64,000 nt of DNA, from positions 23,686 to 87,685 of IMG/VR virus record IMGVR_UViG_3300044675_005584; one strand, given 5' to 3'. A program made the position numbers and the translations under genes. Shown here piece after piece: positions 57,419 through 64,000 of the stretch. Origin of the DNA: a virus. Position 1 is the stretch's first letter, and each line of letters begins with the position of its first letter. Below the pieces are notes generated by a model. It was not told the DNA's origin. It ran no database searches and was given only the letters and a program-made list of their open reading frames with translations.

Positions 57419-57677
57419 ACTATTATATCCCCATCTTACTGTACTAGTAGATACTGAACCTTGTTTTACCAATTTGATGAATCGATATAGCCGGGCTACA
57501 GATAGTAAAACAGTATCTGCACTTCGTAAGGAGATAAATGCACGGAGTGAATATCTTGATAAATGGTTAGTCAAACACGGATATCAGTGCGGACAAGATT
57601 ACCAGAGAACTAGTGCTGGTTATAGATTTGCTACAGAACAGTTGGCAACCTTTTTTAGATTGGCATGGTATCAGTAA
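57411..57677 (+). CDS. Hypothetical protein
   Basis: ATG overlaps the end of uvsE; YRFATEQLATFFRLAW tail. Confidence 0.6.
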   Translation: MSKLLYPHLTVLVDTEPCFTNLMNRYSRATDSKTVSALRKEINARSEYLDKWLVKHGYQCGQDYQRTSAGYRFATEQLATFFRLAWYQ

Positions 57678-57683
57678 GGAGCG

Positions 57684-57914
57684 ATGAATAAGCGAGAATG
57701 TTGGCCACCGCCTGAAGACTGGTGTCAAGTTGTAGTACCGTGGACAACTATGTTAGACAACAGCGATTGCGACCCAAACAAGATCGTTGCCTGGGTTGAA
57801 GCCTATCCTGGTGGCAAATATCATTTACATGGATACAAGTCAACAGAAGGATTTGCTTTTAGATTTAGCAACCCTGACGATGCGTTAATTTTTAAATTGA
57901 AATGGGCACGATGA
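57684..57914 (+). CDS. Hypothetical protein
   Basis: SD AAGGAG; FRFSNPDDALIFKLKW tail similar to the previous ORF. Confidence 0.65.
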   Translation: MNKRECWPPPEDWCQVVVPWTTMLDNSDCDPNKIVAWVEAYPGGKYHLHGYKSTEGFAFRFSNPDDALIFKLKWAR

Positions 57915-58846
57915 CTATTACTATATTTGTTGGAGATAACGACGCTGGACTTGCAACCACAGCTCAAAAAACAGATCCTGCTGCGTTTTTAATTGACCAT
58001 AAAAATTATAAATTTTTTCTATCAACTGAGTATTCAAACGATATCACTGTTTACACTTCATTTTCAGATCTTCCAAAAATAACAGCCACGGATGCAGTAT
58101 TTTTTGAAGTTTTAAAAAAAGCCGACGTTATTTTTTATTGCCCTCCTACAAAATGGAGCGATCATTCTGATAATTTTAATTGGATCAGTAATCGATCGAT
58201 AACCGAATATTTTTTATATCACGTAAAATTAATAAAAAATAATGTTCGCGGGCTTGATCTAAATTCCTATTTAAACTCTGGCTATCTTGCTTTGACAGGT
58301 ACTCGTCAAACAACAACAAAACAGTTATGGGTAGCTGGGTGTAGTATATCACATGGGGTAGGAGTATCTGCTGATAAAAAATTTGGAGCATTGATTTCAA
58401 AAAAACTTAATCTTCAAGTGAGCTATCTTACAAGACCTGGAAGTAGTATAGAATGGGCAAAAGATCAAATTTTAAGATCTGATCTAAGAAAAAATGATGT
58501 AGTAATATGGGGGCTTACACAAGAAACTAGAGCACCTAAAGCAATTAACACACATGTTTTACCTGAATCAGATCCTATCATACGATTAGACGAAACTAGC
58601 TTGTATAGGGCCGTAACCGGTGTACATCAAGTTGCTAATTTTTGTAAAAAAATATCAGTTCAATTAATACTGGTACCAATTATTTGTTCAGAACAGTTAC
58701 AATTACTGATACATAATCTAGATGAATATTATCAGTTACCATACCAAACACAGCCTCTGGACAAAGGAACTGATAATATTCATCCAGGTCCAAACCAGCA
58801 TCAAGTTTGGGCCAATACTATATGTAATCACGTATTAAAGAGTTAA
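57911..58846 (+). CDS. SGNH-hydrolase-like protein (AT-rich)
   Basis: AGCSISHG, RPGSS, DNIHPG. Confidence 0.6.
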   Translation: MTITIFVGDNDAGLATTAQKTDPAAFLIDHKNYKFFLSTEYSNDITVYTSFSDLPKITATDAVFFEVLKKADVIFYCPPTKWSDHSDNFNWISNRSITEYFLYHVKLIKNNVRGLDLNSYLNSGYLALTGTRQTTTKQLWVAGCSISHGVGVSADKKFGALISKKLNLQVSYLTRPGSSIEWAKDQILRSDLRKNDVVIWGLTQETRAPKAINTHVLPESDPIIRLDETSLYRAVTGVHQVANFCKKISVQLILVPIICSEQLQLLIHNLDEYYQLPYQTQPLDKGTDNIHPGPNQHQVWANTICNHVLKS

Positions 58847-58847
58847 A

Positions 58848-59147
58848 ATGAATACTATTGTTTTCCGAGCACAAGAAGTCTGGGAGTTTATCAAACGAGA
58901 CTATCAGGAATACCCTGCACGATTTTATGCAGAAGTGTTCAGCTGGGCTTGTAGTGTGACATCGGCTGTGATCTTTGCGGCAACTGTGCCCACCGTTCCA
59001 GTAATACCTTTGTACACCATATTCATCAGTGGATGTTGTGCGGCGGCCTGGACCTGTTGGACCCGCGGTAGTTTTGGATTGTTGGCCAACTATGTGTTTC
59101 TAATCGTGATCGATTGTGTTGGCCTAATCCGTATGCTGTATCACTGA
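58848..59147 (+). CDS. Small multi-TM membrane protein
   Basis: Three hydrophobic segments. Confidence 0.65.
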   Translation: MNTIVFRAQEVWEFIKRDYQEYPARFYAEVFSWACSVTSAVIFAATVPTVPVIPLYTIFISGCCAAAWTCWTRGSFGLLANYVFLIVIDCVGLIRMLYH

Positions 59148-59395
59148 GTGTGTGGTACTCGTGGTTTGCGTGGTTTGCGTGGTGCTGTTTTGGCCACAAC
59201 TGCTGGTTTCTTTGCAGCAGGTGTACGTTTAGGTTTTGGTTCAGCTGGTGCAACAGCAGTTTCTACAGGTTTTTCTGGTTCTTGTACTGCTGGCATAGCA
59301 GGCGGAAACGGCCACGGCGTGGTAGCTGGATCCTGAACTTCAGCTTCGGATTTCTTTGTTGAAAATAATTTTCTTAATAGTGATAGCATTGACAT
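59141..59395 (-). CDS. Small Pro/Ala/Lys-rich protein
   Basis: SD GGAG and minus-strand TAAATA at 59409-59414; PWPFP motif; basic tail. Confidence 0.6.
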   Translation of the reverse strand: MSMLSLLRKLFSTKKSEAEVQDPATTPWPFPPAMPAVQEPEKPVETAVAPAEPKPKRTPAAKKPAVVAKTAPRKPRKPRVPHTQ

Positions 59396-59445
59396 TCTCC
59401 TAGTAGTGTATTTAAGCCTTGCTTACCAAACTGTATATTTTTAAT

Positions 59446-59515
59446 AATCTCTCAGTGTTTCTACTGAGAGATTTTAACCACGTCATAAATACTTTTATCA
59501 GTATAAACACTGAGA
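59446..59515. repeat. Two TCAGT-N6-ACTGA inverted repeats in a divergent intergenic region
   Basis: Copies at 59452-59467 and 59498-59513 flank TAAATA at 59486. Confidence 0.55.
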
Positions 59516-59528
59516 AGGAAACCGTTAT

Positions 59529-59672
59529 ATGATATCAAAATTGTTAGAAAAGTTATTCCCAACTACGTCACCACTTGATCATTACTTACAAAGTAAACAA
59601 GTACAAACTTGTGCCGATATAGAATATTGGACACGAGAATATGAAAGAAACCCACAAGGAAATGTGTTATGA
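59529..59672 (+). CDS. Small protein (47 aa), DUF3563-like, not in the ORF track
   Basis: SD AAGGA; LDHYLQSK...ADIEYWTREYER. Confidence 0.5.
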   Translation: MISKLLEKLFPTTSPLDHYLQSKQVQTCADIEYWTREYERNPQGNVL

Positions 59673-59771
59673 AACAAATTAAAAAAATAGTAGTCTCCGT
59701 GCTAGAAGCCTGGATCGAAGGCCGTAGTCAGTACATCAGCTCAAAAACCCGGTAAAACAGATAAGTAGATA

Positions 59772-60479
59772 ATGACAGCCATTATCTACACCTTGGTGGT
59801 GACACACATCACCATAATCTCAGTTACACTCTTTTTGCATCGCGGACAAGCACATCGTGGTATTGTGTTCCATCCTGCGTTGGAACATTTTATGCGAGCC
59901 TGGCTGTTTTTGACAACAGGAATGATCACCAAACAGTGGGTGGCCATACATCGTCGCCATCATAGATCCAGCGATGTTGCTGGAGATCCACACAGTCCAC
60001 ATGTGTTTGGTATCTGGAAAGTGTTTTTTACAGGTGCTTGGTTGTATCATGTGGCCAGTCGAGACACACGCATGGTAGCACAGTACGGAGCAGGCACTCC
60101 AGATGACTGGCTTGAACGGAATGTTTATTCCAAACATAGCCGATTGGGTGTTACTGCCATGGGCTTGACAAATCTTGCTTTGTTTGGGCCCGTAGGGTTA
60201 TTGATCTTGTTGGTACAACTGATCTGGATTCCATTATGGGCCGCTGGTGTGATCAACGGACTAGCACATTGGGTAGGCTATAGAAATGGCGAAACACGCG
60301 ATCACAGCCGCAACCTTGTGCCTATTGGAATCATAGTAGGCGGCGAAGAACTACACAACAATCATCACCTTGATCCAGCCAGTCCAAGGCTCAGCCTCAA
60401 ATGGTGGGAATTTGATATTGGATGGATGTATCTTAAAATATTTGAATTCTTTAAACTTGCAACAATAGTAAAACGGTAG
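59772..60479 (+). CDS. Membrane fatty-acid desaturase (delta-9/DesA-like)
   Basis: His boxes HRGQAH, HRRHH and GEELHNNHH; WWEFDIGW. Confidence 0.93.
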   Translation: MTAIIYTLVVTHITIISVTLFLHRGQAHRGIVFHPALEHFMRAWLFLTTGMITKQWVAIHRRHHRSSDVAGDPHSPHVFGIWKVFFTGAWLYHVASRDTRMVAQYGAGTPDDWLERNVYSKHSRLGVTAMGLTNLALFGPVGLLILLVQLIWIPLWAAGVINGLAHWVGYRNGETRDHSRNLVPIGIIVGGEELHNNHHLDPASPRLSLKWWEFDIGWMYLKIFEFFKLATIVKR

Positions 60480-60521
60480 TGGCTTTTCTAAGGTAAATAA
60501 AATGAACATTACGGAGATGCT

Positions 60522-61025
60522 ATGAGCGCAGATTTTTTTAGAAACTACATTGATATTATCAAGGAAGCAGAACAACCACGAGTTCAACTGGATGAAGGTA
60601 TGCTTCAAGACCTTAAATCTAAAATATCTGCACTTATGACACAATTTAAAACCATTCCTGGTATTGGTCAAGCATATCAAAAAGCAAAATCATTTGCGCC
60701 AGAACTAAAGCAAATCTTTATGTCTGCTAAATCAGGTAAAGAATTAATGGACAGTATCAAGCGATTAGCAACGGCAAAATCTGGAATACAACCGGTTGCA
60801 GAAGATATCCAGGCGCAACGGGGAGCAGTCGGTGCAGCAACAAGTCTGGCTGGTATCAGCATAACACTCTGGGAGATGGCAACAGGGTTTTTTGATATCG
60901 TACTAAATCTTGCTTTGAACGATACAGGCGCAAATCAAGCGGTAGCACTCTGGTTCCTGGTCGGGCCATTGGTTATTGTTATCATGGGTGCTTTCCTGAT
61001 TTGGGCTAGTGGTGAGAAGAGATAA
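60522..61025 (+). CDS. Hypothetical protein with C-terminal TMs (probable virion-packaged)
   Basis: MSADFFRNYIDIIKEAE start shared with the 63850 ORF; TAAATA at 60494. Confidence 0.65.
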   Translation: MSADFFRNYIDIIKEAEQPRVQLDEGMLQDLKSKISALMTQFKTIPGIGQAYQKAKSFAPELKQIFMSAKSGKELMDSIKRLATAKSGIQPVAEDIQAQRGAVGAATSLAGISITLWEMATGFFDIVLNLALNDTGANQAVALWFLVGPLVIVIMGAFLIWASGEKR

Positions 61026-61107
61026 GAATGATTTGGCAAAACTGACCAAGAATTTACCTTGCACTGCAATATAATTCCATGTATAATTGCTAAATAAGAT
61101 AGAGAAA

Positions 61108-61165
61108 GATGTTGGTGCCGACGGTCGGGCCAATCACAAAAACTCGCTTAATCCAAGGAGAAATT
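61108..61165 (+). promoter_or_regulatory. ROSE-like leader, second copy
   Basis: TTGG-TGCC-N7-GGG-CCAA, then ACTCGCTTAATCCAAGGAG. Confidence 0.5.
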
Positions 61166-61417
61166 ATGTTTAACGTAGATAAATTAGTAGATTCAATTCA
61201 AACAACCCAAAAACAATTTGTTGAGACCTTTGTCAAAGACGAAGAAATCCGTGACGCTATCAACCAATTCGTTGACAGCCAAGCTGAATGCACCCGTACC
61301 GTGTTAACCACTGTGACTGAATTTGGTCAAAGTGTTGCAGAGCAAACAACCAAAACGGTTAAAAAAGCCACCGAATACGATTGGTCCAAACTAGCAGAAT
61401 TAACCAAAAACAAGTAA
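61166..61417 (+). CDS. Phasin-like helical protein
   Basis: VDSIQTTQKQFVETFV...QFVDSQAE amphipathic pattern; strong SD. Confidence 0.5.
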   Translation: MFNVDKLVDSIQTTQKQFVETFVKDEEIRDAINQFVDSQAECTRTVLTTVTEFGQSVAEQTTKTVKKATEYDWSKLAELTKNK

Positions 61418-61424
61418 ACAAATC

Positions 61425-61455
61425 GGTTGACCATTTAGTCCAGTTAGTGCATAAT
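61425..61455 (+). promoter_or_regulatory. sigma70-type early promoter (GGTTGACC family)
   Basis: TTGACC 61427-61432, N17, CATAAT 61450-61455. Confidence 0.65.
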
Positions 61456-61499
61456 ATGTGTATTAGCTGGATTTTTTCATTACTAAACAAAGGACAAAC

Positions 61500-62186
61500 A
61501 TGAAAAAGAAGATAGTGGTAACCGCGATTGCCTTGGCCCTGTTACAGATGACAGGTTGTAGTTCAACCAAGATTGACTCGGGTATTATGCCAGGATCATC
61601 GGCTACCACAGCAATCAGTGAGCAGAGAGTAGCCACAAACGAATTCAAACGCCAAGGTATCAAGATATATTATACTTTGACTGGCGGACTAGAAGCAATT
61701 GAGGCAACAGGATATGCACCAGTCTGGGGCAACAGTGAAAATGCCTTGAGAGAGTCATTCCGTGTGGCCGAACTTGAAGCCAAGAAGTCCTTGAATGATT
61801 TCATCAACAAAGAAACAATCACCAGCACTACATCAGTAAAAATGATCAGTCGGAACCTGGAACAGGCTCGTGATCAGAAGACCAATAATTTTAAGTCTAA
61901 CAGAGCAGGTAATCCAGACGATCTAGTAGCAGTGGACGAAACAGTGGATCGAGAAAAGAATGTGCAGGCCACACGTGATGAAAACACAGCCGTGCGAAAC
62001 GATGCCTTGAAGATTTCCAGCATAGTGAACACCACAATCACCAATACCAACCAAGGTATCTTGGGTGGGCTATACATGGTGGATGGCCAGGCTGTTAATA
62101 GCGGCAAGAATGTGCGGGTGATCATGCGTTGGGATCGCAAGCATGAAGATATCAGATTGCAGGTTCGTGGCTTGATGATGCGCTAA
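61500..62186 (+). CDS. Lipoprotein (LPP20-like)
   Basis: Lipobox MTGC; IEATGYA...AELEAKKSL. Confidence 0.65.
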   Translation: MKKKIVVTAIALALLQMTGCSSTKIDSGIMPGSSATTAISEQRVATNEFKRQGIKIYYTLTGGLEAIEATGYAPVWGNSENALRESFRVAELEAKKSLNDFINKETITSTTSVKMISRNLEQARDQKTNNFKSNRAGNPDDLVAVDETVDREKNVQATRDENTAVRNDALKISSIVNTTITNTNQGILGGLYMVDGQAVNSGKNVRVIMRWDRKHEDIRLQVRGLMMR

Positions 62187-62188
62187 TC

Positions 62189-63163
62189 ATGCGTACTCTA
62201 ATTGCGATAGCAGTTGCGGCTGGTATTTTAACTACAGCACAGGCCCAGATAACTCCACAGATGTTTGCACCTACTCCGTTTGGAGTAGCCATGACAGTGG
62301 GGCAATGGTTATTGTCCAACAACAAACGAGTGTATTATATTGAAGTTCGGGGCCAGGGTTCCACCGCCGAAGAAGCTAGAATGAATGGTTTTAGATTGGC
62401 TGTGGAACAGGCCTTGGGCAGTGTGATTGCCAGCGAAACAGAGCAAAGCAATAGCCGAATCCGTCGAGATGAAGTGATCAGCTATGCAGCAGGTTTTGTT
62501 GAACGTTTTGAAATAGTCACAACCACAAGCACAGGATCCGGTTATGAAATTACCATGCGAGTATGGATACAGCGGACCAATTTGGCCGAACGCTTGTTGG
62601 TAACCAGTAAAGCCGATGGACAGATTGACGGTGCCCGTGCTAGTATCGCTGTAGATACTGCCCAATACTCAAGATCACAAGGTGATAGATTGTTGACCAC
62701 TGTGTTGAGTGATTTTCCAGAACGCAGTTTTGATGTAAAGCTAGAACCCACCCGAGTTGAAATAGATTCTAGTCGTAATACACAATTAGTGGTGCCATAC
62801 ATTATTGTCTGGAATAAAAAATATATTAAAAGTTTAATGGAGTCCTGGAGTAAAGTTGAAACCTGCGGATGGAACGGATGTGTTATGGATAAGCCTACAC
62901 TAGATTTGATCCGTAATGAAATGATTCACAGTCGTCCACACATACTGATAACCATTAATTCTCTTGCTGGAACAGTCCAACATCGTGATTGTTATCCAAT
63001 GGAGCAAAATAGAAATGCTATTGGTGACGCTAGTGAGCGATGGAAACACCACTATACTGTGCCAGTTTCTAAACAGAATTTGGTCGACATGAGTCAAGTT
63101 GAAGTCCGGGTAGTTCGAGCGTCAAAATGTCCGAACTATGTGTCAACGCATGGTAAGTACTAG
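62189..63163 (+). CDS. Exported protein with LPP20/FlgT-N-like domain
   Basis: Signal AQA; VRGQG...EARMNGFRLAVEQALG. Confidence 0.6.
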   Translation: MRTLIAIAVAAGILTTAQAQITPQMFAPTPFGVAMTVGQWLLSNNKRVYYIEVRGQGSTAEEARMNGFRLAVEQALGSVIASETEQSNSRIRRDEVISYAAGFVERFEIVTTTSTGSGYEITMRVWIQRTNLAERLLVTSKADGQIDGARASIAVDTAQYSRSQGDRLLTTVLSDFPERSFDVKLEPTRVEIDSSRNTQLVVPYIIVWNKKYIKSLMESWSKVETCGWNGCVMDKPTLDLIRNEMIHSRPHILITINSLAGTVQHRDCYPMEQNRNAIGDASERWKHHYTVPVSKQNLVDMSQVEVRVVRASKCPNYVSTHGKY

Positions 63164-63218
63164 TAACATACCAAATATTATAGTATAATATATGTAGTTA
63201 ATCGTTTCCGGAGATCCA

Positions 63219-63794
63219 ATGCCTGCTGTACCTGATACCGATATTGCCAAAGAACCCAATCAGTTGCTACAAGATGCTGGCATGATGGTATTCATGGACA
63301 CTGTTGACAATGAAAGTATCAAGCCCATTGTTGAATGGATCCTGGTAGAAAATCACGTTACTAAAAAGAAGAAAAAAGAACTACTGTTGATGATTTGCAG
63401 TCCAGGTGGCGAGATGGAATCGGCCTTTGCTCTAATTGACGTAATACGTAGCAGTAGCATACCGATCAAGACTGTGGGCCTGGGTCAAATAGCCAGTTGT
63501 GGACTAATGATATTTTTAGCTGGCGCACCCGGTCGCAGAATATTAACTCCCAACACATCAATCTTGAGCCATCAGTACACCTGGGGCAGTGATGGCAAAC
63601 ATCACGAACTGTTTGCCATCACCAAAGAGTATGGCATGGCCCAACAGCGCATGCTGGAACTGTATCGAGAGACTACTGGACTTTCAGATACGGATATCAG
63701 GGAAAAATTACTGCCAGCCAGCGATGTTTGGCTCAGTGCCCAAGAAGCCTTGGCTCTGGGCTGTTGTGATTATATCAGTGATTTAAAACGATGA
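63219..63794 (+). CDS. clpP: ClpP-like serine protease
   Basis: ICSPGG, GQIASCG (Ser), ILSHQ (His), DVWLSAQEA (Asp). Confidence 0.88.
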   Translation: MPAVPDTDIAKEPNQLLQDAGMMVFMDTVDNESIKPIVEWILVENHVTKKKKKELLLMICSPGGEMESAFALIDVIRSSSIPIKTVGLGQIASCGLMIFLAGAPGRRILTPNTSILSHQYTWGSDGKHHELFAITKEYGMAQQRMLELYRETTGLSDTDIREKLLPASDVWLSAQEALALGCCDYISDLKR

Positions 63795-63849
63795 TTTCAC
63801 ACAAATCAAACTTACTGACATAAATAGAGTATCAAAAGGAAAATTAACA

Positions 63850-64000
63850 TGAGCACAGAATTTTTTAGAAAATTTATTGACATTATCAACGAGGCCGAAG
63901 AATCAACAAATCAGCAGATAGCAAAAATTTTTGCTCGTTATGCTAATGCTCTCTCTAAGTTAGCTGGACAAGACGGTTATAACGAAGATGATATTATAGA
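63850..64000 (+). CDS. Hypothetical protein, truncated at window end
   Basis: SD AAGGA, TAAATA at 63821; MSTEFFRKFIDIINEAEES. Confidence 0.65.

Noticed and set aside
503-63786. Numerous 60-180 aa ORFs antisense to or nested in long genes
   Set aside because: No motifs or RBS; expected shadows of real coding frames
19246-63794. Bacterial chromosome or host contamination, given many host-like genes
   Set aside because: Host-like genes are interleaved with T4-like replication and virion genes, overlap them, and share the phage promoter motifs
1-64000. Stop-codon reassignment
   Set aside because: Recognisable genes are full length in the standard code, and TAA, TAG and TGA all end genes at expected positions

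Overview
This window is 64 kb of a large T4-like (myovirus-type) dsDNA phage genome, almost entirely coded on the + strand with the standard genetic code. Host-like genes (iscU/iscA, desaturase, Tim44-like, phasin-like) suggest a proteobacterial host, possibly a Betaproteobacterium; this is inference. It contains: (1) replication/recombination genes (UvsY, UvsW, gp62-like, primase, DnaB-like helicase, ligase, NrdA/NrdB/glutaredoxin, UvsE) and a 192-aa miniature DnaE-like polymerase core; (2) probable virion and internal-head proteins, including PAAR; (3) many host-like auxiliary genes (IscU/IscA, ClpX/ClpS/ClpP/Hsp20/bS21, aminotransferase, amidinotransferase, desaturase, BI-1); and (4) two free-standing HNH-NUMOD3 endonucleases. 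The most striking locus (about 42.9-53.0 kb) combines csgF, csgG, two curlin-like proteins and a FecR-domain protein with a CHASE2 adenylate cyclase and a stand-alone copy of the cyclase C-terminal tail. Its first gene is behind a hairpin that hides the ribosome-binding site and has a late-promoter motif at its apex. Non-coding signals include a GGTTGACC-type sigma70 promoter family, about 30 TAAATA late-promoter motifs (many apparently leaderless), a shared ROSE-like leader on two genes, operator-like palindromes and a candidate switchable RNA. I saw no tRNA, rRNA or CRISPR array. All calls come from motif recognition by eye; no database search was run.
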